A stretch of DNA of 64,000 bases, from contig CAJQPL010000002.1 of assembly GCA_905480215.1 (NCBI GenBank), forward strand, positions 31,308 through 95,307, read 5' to 3'. The notes under the pieces were generated by a model that saw nothing but the letters and a program-made list of their open reading frames with translations, was not told the DNA's origin and ran no database searches. Below are positions 45,050 to 54,471 of the stretch, in pieces. A program made the position numbers and the translations under genes. The DNA comes from an uncultured Woeseiaceae bacterium. Its GTDB lineage: Bacteria; Pseudomonadota; Gammaproteobacteria; Steroidobacterales; Woeseiaceae. Position 1 is the first letter of the stretch. Each line of letters begins with the position of its first letter.

Positions 45050-46159
45050 CTATTGAGGTGCTCGATGTTCATCAAAGAACTCAAACACTAGTCGCGAACC
45101 CCACTTGTCGACTGAGTAATCTGCATCGATACAGATAGTCTGATCCGGCATACTCGCCGCTTGCAGCTCTGACACACAGTAGCCGTTACTGCCACGAAAA
45201 CCCGCTGTGCCCGGCCAGCGGTGGTTACCTCCAGTCCAGAAACAATCAATTGCAGGATGGCTACTGTCTTTGCACGAAATATCACATACGGCGTCCGTCC
45301 CATCGATTGTCGGCGACACCCATGATTCTCTTTCAACGGCGCAAGCTTCACCATCGTTCCAGTGTTCGGCAGTTGAAGTGGTGCTCGCATAAAAATAATT
45401 GGCCGAGCTTCCGCTGCCATCGGGCGGGATGGTAATATCTTTGCCACCATTTATTTGCAACAAAGCTAGCCGATTCCTTGGCGTACATTCGAATCCACGC
45501 TCGAGACGGCCGCCAATAAGCGCGGCACCGGCGAACAGCTCTGACGCCTCGCAGGCAATACGATTAGCCATCGTTGCGCCACTGCTAAAACCGGAAACGA
45601 AAAAACTATCCGGATCGGTCGCGAAATCTATGGCAATCGTTGCAAGCAAAGTCTTAAGGAAACCGATGTCATCGTGACACGAGGTCCAGCCACATTTTCC
45701 GCAGCTGCCACATTCCGGTGGGCAGGGCCAGGGATTGACCTCATTGCTACAAGTAGGGCCGTCCGGACCAATATCGAATGCATCTGAAATGTGATTCCAG
45801 GTCGTAACCTCCCATTGATCTTCGGGGTTATCGCTAGACATGAACCAGGTGCCCTGCGGATAAACCATCACATAGCCGTACTGCTCAGCGTAGAAGTTGA
45901 GACCCTGAGCAACTTCGACTTCCGTTCCCGTTGCCGTGCCGCCGTAGCCATGCAGGAAGAGCGTGACGGGAAGCTCTGCTTTGCCGTCATAGCTGGACGG
46001 TAAGAACACAAAGTACTCGCGCTCAAGCCCGCCATGTTCGAGCACGTAACGCGTCATGGGCGCAACGGGGTCGACGACCTTGGTCGCACACCCAAGCAGC
46101 AGTAACACTATCGACAAGATAAGCGTCGGCATCGTGATCTTTTTCTTCGCCAAATTCAT
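45050..46159 (-). CDS. PHB-depolymerase/feruloyl-esterase family alpha/beta hydrolase, probable lipoprotein
   Basis: Lipobox 'LLLLGCA'. 'VTLFLHGYGGT'. Nucleophile elbow 'VSGFSSGATMA'. Cys-rich insert. Confidence 0.7.
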   Translation of the reverse strand: MNLAKKKITMPTLILSIVLLLLGCATKVVDPVAPMTRYVLEHGGLEREYFVFLPSSYDGKAELPVTLFLHGYGGTATGTEVEVAQGLNFYAEQYGYVMVYPQGTWFMSSDNPEDQWEVTTWNHISDAFDIGPDGPTCSNEVNPWPCPPECGSCGKCGWTSCHDDIGFLKTLLATIAIDFATDPDSFFVSGFSSGATMANRIACEASELFAGAALIGGRLERGFECTPRNRLALLQINGGKDITIPPDGSGSSANYFYASTTSTAEHWNDGEACAVERESWVSPTIDGTDAVCDISCKDSSHPAIDCFWTGGNHRWPGTAGFRGSNGYCVSELQAASMPDQTICIDADYSVDKWGSRLVFEFFDEHRAPQ

Positions 46160-46208
46160 TGCCTACTGAGTCTCGCATATTCACTACAGCACGCGATAAT
46201 AACAGCCC

Positions 46209-48323
46209 TTAGCCAGGTCGATACGACAACAGTCTTCCATCACTCAGCCACAGCACCTCATCAGCAGCTTGCATCATCAGATCACTGTGAGAAACGACGA
46301 TCTTCGTTGCTGAGTTTTGTAGCAGATTGCTAATAACCCGGCGCTCCAGGTCACTGTCCAGACCACTGGTAGCCTCATCGAGCAATAGCAACACAGGCTG
46401 GCGATAGTAGGCTCGAGCCAGCAGGATTCTTTGTACCTGGCCGCGTGATAGTGATGATCCCAGGTCGCCTATTCGGGTTTCGTAGGCCATCGGCATGGCC
46501 TCTATTTCCATCGCAATGCAAGCGGCACTGGCAGCACTCTTTAGTCGCACGACATCGATATCAGAACTGAACAAAGCGATATTCTCGGCGACAGATCCCT
46601 TGAATAGACTATCGCCTTGAAAAACAACAGCCATTTGCGACCGTAAGGCCTTCAAGCTCAGGTGTTTTGCCGCGCGTCCATTGAACGCCAGTTCGCCGCG
46701 GTACTGAACTTCATTGCCGGCAATAATCTGCAGCAGCGTGCTCTTGCCAGAGCCAGAGGGACCGGCAATTACCGTAAACGAGGATTCCAAAAATCGTCTA
46801 CTGCAATTGTCCAGGATTGCCGGCTCATCGCGCGCATAAGCAAACGAAAGATTTTGCACTTCAATATTCTGAATCTGCAGCTCGCCAGCCTCCTGACAAA
46901 CCGGCTCCGCATCGCTAAAGATAATATCGGCCAAACGATTTAGCGGCACTTCGAGGAGCTTAAACTCTGTTATTCGGTCGACAATGCCGGAGCATCGTGT
47001 CGTGAACATTCCCAGGTATGCGACGTACGCAGAAATCGCGCCGATACTCACGTTGTTTTGCAGCCCTTCGCGAGCCAGCGAGAAGATCGCGACAATGCGT
47101 GCACCCTGAAACAAGACCTGGCGTACTGCGGAGTCTGCCACCTGCAGATTCCCCAGGCGGATGCGTGTATTGCATGCGTCGGCGAATAGGTTGCACCATT
47201 CCGACTCCCTCTGCGCCTCGCCGTTGCCAATTTTGATCGACTGCATCGTGCGTAGCGTTTCCAGCAGGTGGGTCTGTACTGACGACTCAGCCTGTGCGAT
47301 GTCGCTGGACAGCCGCAGGCTGGGCGCAAGGATCAGGATGCGCCAAGCGCACCAAAAAAATAATGCCAGAAACATAAGCAACGTCAGCTTCGCTTGGTAC
47401 AGCAGCATCACCATGCTTATAAGAATCATGAACAATGCGTCCAGAACCAACGCAGGAACGCCCTGTACAATAAAATTCTGGATACGACTCAGAGACTGAA
47501 CCCGGTGTTGCACATCGCCGAGCTCACGGCTGCGGAAAAAGCTGACTGGCAAGCTCAGGAGTTTGCCCAGGACCCCGGCAGTAAGGTCAAAAACGGTGAC
47601 ATGTCCAAGAAACAAAAAGGTCAGTTGTCGCATGACGTTGGCGATCACGTGAAATATAAGTAGCGTCAGGAAAGCCACGAACAATACGTTGAGTAGCATT
47701 GCGTCCGATTTCCCCAACACCTGATCGATGATGGACTGCAGATAGAATGGCGACGTCAGCAACAGCAGTTCGCAAATTATCGCAAGGCCCAGACCTGCCA
47801 ATAACTTGCTTTTGATGCCCGCTTCACTGGATATGAGATTCGAAAGCTTTAGCTGGGGCGGCCCGGCGATCCGCTGTATCTTGGTAGTTGACGATACCTC
47901 CAGTGCAATACCGGTAAACGCGTCACGAGCTGCTGCAATCGATTCGACAGTAACGCCGCGCGCCGGATCGTGGATAACAAGCCCATTCTTGCCAACAGAC
48001 TTGAGCACCACGAAGTGATTGAAGCGCCAGTGCAATATACACGGCAGCTTCAATTTATCCAGTTCTTCGAAGTCACAGCGAACCGCGCGCGTCGAAAACC
48101 CGAGGTGACGGCAACACTGACTAATATTCTCGAGTGTCGCACCCTTAAGCGAGGCGCCAAAACGGCGCCGCATCCACACCAGGTCTGTCGCTACAGAAAA
48201 GTATTCGGCGATCATCGCAACGCACGCCAGTCCACACTCTGTTGCCGTCGCCTGTCGCACGACGGGCAGTCTTCGCCGCCCGCTCATGTTCAGCCACGGC
48301 GGCTTTGATCGCTTTACCGTCAT
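46209..48323 (-). CDS. Peptidase-containing ABC transporter (PCAT; C39 peptidase + TMD + NBD; CvaB/ComA/RaxB class)
   Basis: C39 'QATATECGLACVAMIAEYF' with downstream 'NHFVVL' and 'VIHDP'. Walker A 'GPSGSGKST', 'LSRGQVQRILLARA', 'LLLLDEATSGLD'. Confidence 0.9.
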   Translation of the reverse strand: MTVKRSKPPWLNMSGRRRLPVVRQATATECGLACVAMIAEYFSVATDLVWMRRRFGASLKGATLENISQCCRHLGFSTRAVRCDFEELDKLKLPCILHWRFNHFVVLKSVGKNGLVIHDPARGVTVESIAAARDAFTGIALEVSSTTKIQRIAGPPQLKLSNLISSEAGIKSKLLAGLGLAIICELLLLTSPFYLQSIIDQVLGKSDAMLLNVLFVAFLTLLIFHVIANVMRQLTFLFLGHVTVFDLTAGVLGKLLSLPVSFFRSRELGDVQHRVQSLSRIQNFIVQGVPALVLDALFMILISMVMLLYQAKLTLLMFLALFFWCAWRILILAPSLRLSSDIAQAESSVQTHLLETLRTMQSIKIGNGEAQRESEWCNLFADACNTRIRLGNLQVADSAVRQVLFQGARIVAIFSLAREGLQNNVSIGAISAYVAYLGMFTTRCSGIVDRITEFKLLEVPLNRLADIIFSDAEPVCQEAGELQIQNIEVQNLSFAYARDEPAILDNCSRRFLESSFTVIAGPSGSGKSTLLQIIAGNEVQYRGELAFNGRAAKHLSLKALRSQMAVVFQGDSLFKGSVAENIALFSSDIDVVRLKSAASAACIAMEIEAMPMAYETRIGDLGSSLSRGQVQRILLARAYYRQPVLLLLDEATSGLDSDLERRVISNLLQNSATKIVVSHSDLMMQAADEVLWLSDGRLLSYRPG

Positions 48324-48326
48324 TGC

Positions 48327-49586
48327 CTAGCTAAGCTCAGGAGTGAACCCAAGCGGCTCGAGGAACCAGTCGATAAGCGTTCTTTTCTCTAAGACCATTT
48401 CTGCCATCAACAGCATTCCTGGTCGCAGACCGGCAGCACCAACTTTAGTGCCAACTTGCGCGTCGTTGATGGTCACGTGAACTCTGTAGGTCGCCTCTTG
48501 GAATGAAAATGTATTGGGGACATCTCCTGGCAGCAGCACAAAATCCGAGATGCGCTCAACTCGGCCTTCGAAAGTCCCGAACTTTTGCCTGGGAAACGCG
48601 TCATAAACCAGCCGCACTTTCTGCCCCGGATGTATGAAACCCACTGCTCGTGACGGCACGTAGATCTCCGCGGTGAGCTCAATATTCGCCGGCAGAATCG
48701 TCATTAACAATTGTTGCGGTATTGCTGCATTGCCAGCATGCGCTTCCACGGTGGCGACCGTGCCGTGTACCGGCGATGTCAGCACCGACAGTTGTCTGGA
48801 TTCGAGCTCGGCAATTTTTTGCGTGAATTCTGAGCGCCGCAGGCGCAATTGAGAGCGCTCAATTCGCGACTCGGCTGGCACGCTTCTCTTGCGACCGCCA
48901 AGCCTTTCACGCTCGCGCTTCTGGCTGGCGAGATCCTGCTGCAGCGCGCCCAGTTTCTGCTCGAGCTCGCCAAGGTTTTGCTTTTGCTGCAGCAAATCCC
49001 AGTCGCTGACAGCGCCCGCCAGCGCTGCGGACTCAAAACGTTTGAACTGATCTATGCTGGCATCGACAAGACGTCGTTGCTCCTCGGTCTGCGCGAGTAG
49101 TGATTCATGTTCGGTATCGTAGTCACGAAGCTGCGACTCGAGACTGCCGCTTTCGAGTTGCGCACGCTGACGGGTCAACTCAAGTTGAATATCCAGCTCC
49201 GCAACGTCTTGCCGCAGCTGTCCGAGCAGCTGCTCGTTCTTGCTGTTGCCGGCAAACATTCGCGAGTCAGCGGATAGGTAGATCAGCGGCTCGCCAACCA
49301 CAACTTGCTCACCGGCGCTCTTTGCCACGCGTTCAATGAGCGCAGGCTCATTATTGGCGACTCGGATCACACCGCGGCTTGATACCAACCAACCGCGGGC
49401 CGATTCCTTGCGCGAATATTCAACTGTGGCCACGAACAGAGCAGTACTCAGGAAGAACACGACGAGTAAGGCATTTAGCCAATACCATGGGCGTGGCATT
49501 AGACATATTGGCCGGCCCGGTGATTTTTTTCGCAGCGCTTCGATCGCCTGTCTGCGAAAAAGACTCTCTGCTTGGAGTTCGCTCAT
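48327..49586 (-). CDS. HlyD/CvaA-family membrane fusion protein
   Basis: 'LFRRQAIEAL', one TM helix, a long coiled-coil, and a C-terminal beta-barrel 'GQKVRLVYDAFP'. Started at ATG 49586; the ORF-track start at 49622 is a TTG adding 'PCRCCGLQTFR'. Stop lies 3 nt from the PCAT start. Confidence 0.85.
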   Translation of the reverse strand: MSELQAESLFRRQAIEALRKKSPGRPICLMPRPWYWLNALLVVFFLSTALFVATVEYSRKESARGWLVSSRGVIRVANNEPALIERVAKSAGEQVVVGEPLIYLSADSRMFAGNSKNEQLLGQLRQDVAELDIQLELTRQRAQLESGSLESQLRDYDTEHESLLAQTEEQRRLVDASIDQFKRFESAALAGAVSDWDLLQQKQNLGELEQKLGALQQDLASQKRERERLGGRKRSVPAESRIERSQLRLRRSEFTQKIAELESRQLSVLTSPVHGTVATVEAHAGNAAIPQQLLMTILPANIELTAEIYVPSRAVGFIHPGQKVRLVYDAFPRQKFGTFEGRVERISDFVLLPGDVPNTFSFQEATYRVHVTINDAQVGTKVGAAGLRPGMLLMAEMVLEKRTLIDWFLEPLGFTPELS

Positions 49587-49735
49587 ACGGAAAGTCTGGA
49601 GTCCGCAGCACCTGCACGGCAAAGCGCATAATCAAGCAGTATGAAAAGAAACGCGGCCGCAGTAATGAATCGGCGGCGAACATCAAGGTTTGAATCACCT
49701 CGTAACAGTGTAGCGCCCGCTGTTATCCTTCGGGC

Positions 49736-50920
49736 ATGAAGCATGCCGACGTAGTTATTATTGGTGGAGGTGCCGCAGGACTTATGTGCGCCGCCGTTGC
49801 AGCGCAACGTGGTCGCGACGTTGTGCTTCTGGAAGGCTCCAATAAGATCGGCAAGAAAATCCTGATGTCCGGTGGCGGCCGCTGCAACTTCACCAACATC
49901 CACACCGGGCCAGATAATTTCCTTGGCCTCAACCCTCATTTTTGTAAATCGGCACTCAGTCGTTATACGCAATGGGATTTCATTGCGCTGGTTGAGAAGC
50001 ACGCTATCCCCTATCACGAGAAAACCTTGGGCCAGCTTTTTTGCGACAACTCGTCGAAGGAAGTCGTAGCGATGCTTGCGAAAGAGTGCGAAGAAGCAGG
50101 GGTCGACGTACTGACAGATGTGAAGGATATTGATATTACCCCTGGCAATGGCTTTTCTATCACCAGTAGTCGCAACAGTTTCGCTTGCGAGTCACTGGTG
50201 ATCGCAAGCGGCGGACTGAGCATTCCGAAGATGGGCGCATCTGACTTCGGATATCGGGTAGCGCGTCAGTTTGACATGCGAATGATCGACACGCGTGCCG
50301 GACTGGTGCCGTTTACGATGACCGGAGCCATGCATGAACTTTGCGAGCGATTATCCGGCGTCAGTTGCAATGTGACGGTCGGCGTTGGCGGCATCACTTT
50401 CACTGAAAGTATGTTGTTCACTCATCGTGGCCTGAGCGGCCCCGCGATGCTGCAAGCGTCAAGTTACTGGCTACCGGGCGATAGTTTGGAGATCAATTTT
50501 CTTCCACATACTGATGCTGTAGAACTACTGCTGTCCGCCAAAGCTAGCTGTCGCAAGTCACTATTGCGAGTCGTACTGGCCGAAGTACTACCCAAGGCAC
50601 TGCTGGCCGAGTTGCAGCTATTGATCTGGCCCGAATTAGCAGAATCGCCAGTAGCCGACTTTAGCGACGCAAAGCTGCGCAATATCGCTGCCAAGCTAAC
50701 GGCCTGGGAAGTGAAACCCGCTGCGACTGAGGGGTATCGAACCGCGGAGGTGACGCTTGGAGGCATAGACACAAACGAGCTATCTTCGAAGACGCTGGAG
50801 AGTAAACGACACCCGGGCCTGTACTTCATCGGCGAGGTTGTCGATGTTACCGGGCATCTGGGCGGACATAACTTTCAATGGGCCTGGTCGTCTGGCCACG
50901 CGGCGGGGCAGATGGTCTAG
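49736..50920 (+). CDS. BaiN/RdsA (YhiN/HI0933-like) family NAD(P)/FAD-dependent oxidoreductase
   Basis: 'DVVIIGGGAAGLMCA', 'ISGGGRCNFTN' variant 'MSGGGRCNFTN', 'LYFIGEVVDVTGHLGGHNFQWAWSSG'. Confidence 0.85.
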   Translation: MKHADVVIIGGGAAGLMCAAVAAQRGRDVVLLEGSNKIGKKILMSGGGRCNFTNIHTGPDNFLGLNPHFCKSALSRYTQWDFIALVEKHAIPYHEKTLGQLFCDNSSKEVVAMLAKECEEAGVDVLTDVKDIDITPGNGFSITSSRNSFACESLVIASGGLSIPKMGASDFGYRVARQFDMRMIDTRAGLVPFTMTGAMHELCERLSGVSCNVTVGVGGITFTESMLFTHRGLSGPAMLQASSYWLPGDSLEINFLPHTDAVELLLSAKASCRKSLLRVVLAEVLPKALLAELQLLIWPELAESPVADFSDAKLRNIAAKLTAWEVKPAATEGYRTAEVTLGGIDTNELSSKTLESKRHPGLYFIGEVVDVTGHLGGHNFQWAWSSGHAAGQMV

Positions 50921-51127
50921 GAACAGACCTATTCACCGTTAGTATTCGAATAGAGGAATGACGAATTCGAACACCCTGACTAAGAAGATGCGATCGATGA
51001 TTGGTATTCCGCTCTCAAAGGGATTTAGAAAAAGTAGCGGGAATTGGGCTTCGAAGCCAGCGCAAGAAATCGGTCGTGATTCACCACTTGTAACTCTGTC
51101 CGTCAGGACCAAGTATAATTGCTATCT

Positions 51128-52810
51128 ATGAAACGAATACTAACTGTACTTTTGGCGAGCGCATTGCTCGCCGCATGTGGCGAGCAAGCTCCGCTCGTTC
51201 TTTCCTTCATTGGCACCAATGATGTTCACGGCCAGATTCTGCCAAAAGAAAACCCGATGGATCCGCAACACAGTCTAGCCGGGTTGGCCTTGTTTTCTGC
51301 CTATGTTGATGCCATTCGCGAAGCGCGGGCTGAAGACGGCGGAGCGGTGTTACTTATCGATGCCGGCGACATGTGGCAAGGAACATTGGAATCCAATCTC
51401 TCCGAAGGCGCTTCGATGGTTGCCGCGTTTAACGCGCTCGGCTACACGGCCGCAGCACTCAGCAATCATGAATTCGATTTTGGGCCAGCCGGAGCGGCGG
51501 CGATTCCGGAATCCGATACCGATGACGCCCGCGGCGCGTTAAAGGCACGAGCGCGCGAGGCAAATTTTCCTATTCTCGCTGCAAACCTGATCGACGACGC
51601 TACCGGCGAGCCGGTTAACTGGGAAAACATTTCCCCGTCAGTCGTCATTGAAATTGAAGGTGTAAAAGTAGGCATCATCGGAATAATGACCGAAAACGGC
51701 CTTACAGCCGCGATCTCGGCGAACACCAAGGGTCTTCGCCTCGCACCCCTGGCCGCAACGATTGAAAAAGAAGCCCGAGTTGTAAGAAATGCCGGTGCGA
51801 CCATCGTCATAGTCACGGCACACGCCGGCGGCGGGTGCGACAATTTTGATGATCCTTTTGACATTTCATCCTGCGATCTCGATCACGAGATCTTTCAGGT
51901 CGCTAACGCGTTGCCCAAGGGACATGTTGATCACATCTTTGCCGGTCACGCACACATGGGCATCGCTCATGTTGTGAACGGAATTTCCATTACTTCAAGT
52001 TTTTCAAGAACGGCAGCATTTGGTCGCGTAGATATGACTGTCGATCGCAGTAACGGCAGCATTGTAAACAAGAAAATTCACCCACCAATTCTATTGGCGA
52101 ATGAGCCAAGCTATGAAGGCATGGACTTATCACCCAACACAGCGGTGACTGCCATAGTCGATCAAGCGGCTGGTTCCGCCGCCGCCGCCAGAAGCGAAGC
52201 GATCGGCATTACGTTGCAAACAGCGTTTGATTTGGAAGGCAATCCAGAGTCTTCGCTGGGCAACCTGTTTGTCGATTCACTGCTTGACACCGTCGACGCC
52301 GATATAGCCATACACATCAACTCCGGCGGTATTCGTTCCAGCCTTCCCGCCGGCGAGCTTACATTCGGCAGCGTCTACGAGATGATGCCGTTTGATAACA
52401 CGCTGGTGATTATCGAATTGAGCGGTGCAGAGCTACGGCAAGTAATTTCTGAACAAGTGCGCCGCGGGTCACACCGAGTTGGGTTTTCGGGAATGCGCGT
52501 TGAGATTAGTTGTTCGGGGCCTGCTACGAATGCAGATATGCAACTGTCAGATGGACGCACCATTGAGGATGACGACACAATCCGAATAGGCGTCGCAAAC
52601 TTTGTGGCGCTGGGCGGTGATCGGGTGCTGGCATCGGTCATGCCGGAAGACGGATTTGCTTTGCGAGATGATGCTCCGCTGCTGCGCGATGTGATCATCC
52701 GTTCGCTTCAAAAGCGTGGTGGTTCGATCTCTGCTGATGATTTCTTAAGTGGCGATGAACCACGTTGGAATATGCCAGAAGCCGACAAATCAGCGTGCCT
52801 TACGAACTAA
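51128..52810 (+). CDS. Bifunctional metallophosphatase / 5'-nucleotidase (UshA-like), lipoprotein
   Basis: Lipobox 'LLAACG'. 'TNDVHG', 'DAGDMWQGT', 'ALSNHEFDFG', 'GHAHMG'. C-terminal 5'-nucleotidase domain. ATG at 51128 preferred over the TTG at 51119. Confidence 0.85.
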   Translation: MKRILTVLLASALLAACGEQAPLVLSFIGTNDVHGQILPKENPMDPQHSLAGLALFSAYVDAIREARAEDGGAVLLIDAGDMWQGTLESNLSEGASMVAAFNALGYTAAALSNHEFDFGPAGAAAIPESDTDDARGALKARAREANFPILAANLIDDATGEPVNWENISPSVVIEIEGVKVGIIGIMTENGLTAAISANTKGLRLAPLAATIEKEARVVRNAGATIVIVTAHAGGGCDNFDDPFDISSCDLDHEIFQVANALPKGHVDHIFAGHAHMGIAHVVNGISITSSFSRTAAFGRVDMTVDRSNGSIVNKKIHPPILLANEPSYEGMDLSPNTAVTAIVDQAAGSAAAARSEAIGITLQTAFDLEGNPESSLGNLFVDSLLDTVDADIAIHINSGGIRSSLPAGELTFGSVYEMMPFDNTLVIIELSGAELRQVISEQVRRGSHRVGFSGMRVEISCSGPATNADMQLSDGRTIEDDDTIRIGVANFVALGGDRVLASVMPEDGFALRDDAPLLRDVIIRSLQKRGGSISADDFLSGDEPRWNMPEADKSACLTN

Positions 52811-52820
52811 GCTGCTGAAA

Positions 52821-54044
52821 CTAGTCCGCGCCTGTTGATATTGATCCGATCGCCCTGAGAAGTGATTCAATTTCGGCGTTGGTGTTGTAGTAGTGCGGTG
52901 AGATTCGCAGCGCGCCCGCAACTTTTTTCTTATCGTAGTCGAAAACCGCGTGCTCGCGACCCTGTGCTGATACGTTTATGTTTTGACTGCGTAGCCTGGT
53001 CACAATCTTAGTGGGATCGCAATCCTGTACCGTGATTGTCACGATACCGCCAAGCTCATCGTCATTGCCGAGCACGTCGACGCCATCGATTTCTGATAAC
53101 TCACGTCGCAGCAAACTAACCAGGCTCGCTACGCGCGCCTGAATTGCGCCGATACCGATGCTGGTCGCGTACTCAGCCGCGACCGCGGTTGCCAGCACCA
53201 GCGACCAGGCGAACTCCCAGTTTTCAAAGCGCTTCGCGGAGTCGATGGCTTGGTAGCTATTCTCGCCCGTCCAGCTGGCACCGTGCATATCAATAAACAG
53301 TGGTTCGAGACCTTGCTGCAAGATTCGCTCGGATACATATAGGAAACCGCATCCTCTTGGGCCACGCAAGAACTTGCGCGCGGTTGCCGACAGAAAGTCG
53401 CAACCAATATCTCTTACGTCGAGGGGCATCTGCCCCAGCGACTGGCAGGCATCTACCAGATAGATCACCCCTGCGCTGCGGCAAGCTGCGCCAACCGTCT
53501 GAATGTCCTGTATCAGTCCAGAATTGGTCGGCACGTGGGTTACGCAAACGATCTTGGGGCGGTGCTGCTCGATAAGATCGATCATCTTCGACGTATCGAC
53601 ACCACCCTGCGCTTTGTCGGGCGCATGCATAACGCGCACGCCCAAGCGTGCTTGCAGGGACAGGAATTGAATCTGATTTGAGGCGTAATCATTACGCGTT
53701 GTCAGGATGACATCGTCGCGATTGAATGGCACTGCTGACAGCGCCTGGGCGAACGATGCCGTGGCATTTTCGGTGAACGCAATATTGCGAGCGCTGCCAC
53801 CGATCAGCCTGGCTATTGACTGGTACGCGGCTGCTATTTCCTCACTTTTAGCGTCCTGCGCTTCATAGCCGCCAAGCTCTGCTTCGAGTTCAAGATGTGT
53901 GGTAATTGCACCCATTACGGGGGACGACATCAAAGATGCCCCGGCATTATTCAAGTGCACACGACTACTACATCCCGGCGTCTCGGCGCGCAGGCGTTGC
54001 AAGTCAATATGCCAATCTTTGTCCGGCGGCGTTTGTGCAGTCAT
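52821..54044 (-). CDS. Aminotransferase class V-fold PLP-dependent enzyme (cysteine desulfurase / epimerase-like)
   Basis: 'NNAGASLM', 'VTHVPTNSG', 'LVDACQSLG', 'DFLSATARKFLRGPRG' (PLP-Lys region). ATG at 54044 chosen over the TTG at 54077. Confidence 0.75.
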   Translation of the reverse strand: MTAQTPPDKDWHIDLQRLRAETPGCSSRVHLNNAGASLMSSPVMGAITTHLELEAELGGYEAQDAKSEEIAAAYQSIARLIGGSARNIAFTENATASFAQALSAVPFNRDDVILTTRNDYASNQIQFLSLQARLGVRVMHAPDKAQGGVDTSKMIDLIEQHRPKIVCVTHVPTNSGLIQDIQTVGAACRSAGVIYLVDACQSLGQMPLDVRDIGCDFLSATARKFLRGPRGCGFLYVSERILQQGLEPLFIDMHGASWTGENSYQAIDSAKRFENWEFAWSLVLATAVAAEYATSIGIGAIQARVASLVSLLRRELSEIDGVDVLGNDDELGGIVTITVQDCDPTKIVTRLRSQNINVSAQGREHAVFDYDKKKVAGALRISPHYYNTNAEIESLLRAIGSISTGAD

Positions 54045-54216
54045 GTAGTGTGCCTTCCTCCGAATTTTCTGGAGCAACGTCTGTTATGGATGCAGCGAGA
54101 ACTGCGTCTCAAAAACCGACAATTTCTGGCTGATTTAGCCTCATTTGGGAGCAATATCGCATATTAAGTCCAGCTGCAGGTGCATATTCGATAATCGTCA
54201 TCACAGGACCATTACC

Positions 54217-54471
54217 ATGTGGATACCAACCCCACTCTACGAGCGCCTGCCGCAGTTCTGGTTCTTGCTCGGCCTGCTGTTCATCGCGAACGGCCTATAT
54301 CTTGGCCTCGACTTCACGCTGGCTTTTGCTTATCTGGCAGTTGGTCTCTCGTGCTGTACGTATGGCATGGGCATCGCTCTGGCGAGGCTGGCGCACCGGA
54401 CTCAACCGAAAGCTGTTGCACGGGAAGTCGACCTGGACGCTCCAGACCCTAGCGAGTTTTCGCAAGCCTGA
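54217..54471 (+). CDS. Small hypothetical membrane protein (two TM helices)
   Basis: ATG at 54217 gives 'MWIPTPLYERLPQFWFLLGLLFIANGLYLG...'. The region upstream of it in the ORF is non-hydrophobic and Cys/His-rich junk-like. Confidence 0.4.
   Translation: MWIPTPLYERLPQFWFLLGLLFIANGLYLGLDFTLAFAYLAVGLSCCTYGMGIALARLAHRTQPKAVAREVDLDAPDPSEFSQA

Noticed and set aside
18383-49622. Idea that the TPST-like sulfotransferase (18383..20275) and the PCAT/HlyD pair (46209..49622) form a RaxST/RaxA/RaxB-like sulfated-peptide secretion system.
   Set aside because: The genes are 26 kb apart in different transcription units, no RaxX-like precursor is visible, and the sulfotransferase has a TPR architecture unlike RaxST. 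This is kept only as a remote possibility.
50946-50974. Inverted repeat TTCGAAT...ATTCGAA after the BaiN-like gene, the GGCTTCGAAGCC palindrome (about 51046-51057), and a perfect TATAAT at 51104-51109 upstream of the 5'-nucleotidase gene.
   Set aside because: The hairpin lacks a T-tract, so it is not a convincing terminator. The TATAAT has no -35 at proper spacing and sits only 19 nt before the ATG. This is too weak to annotate.
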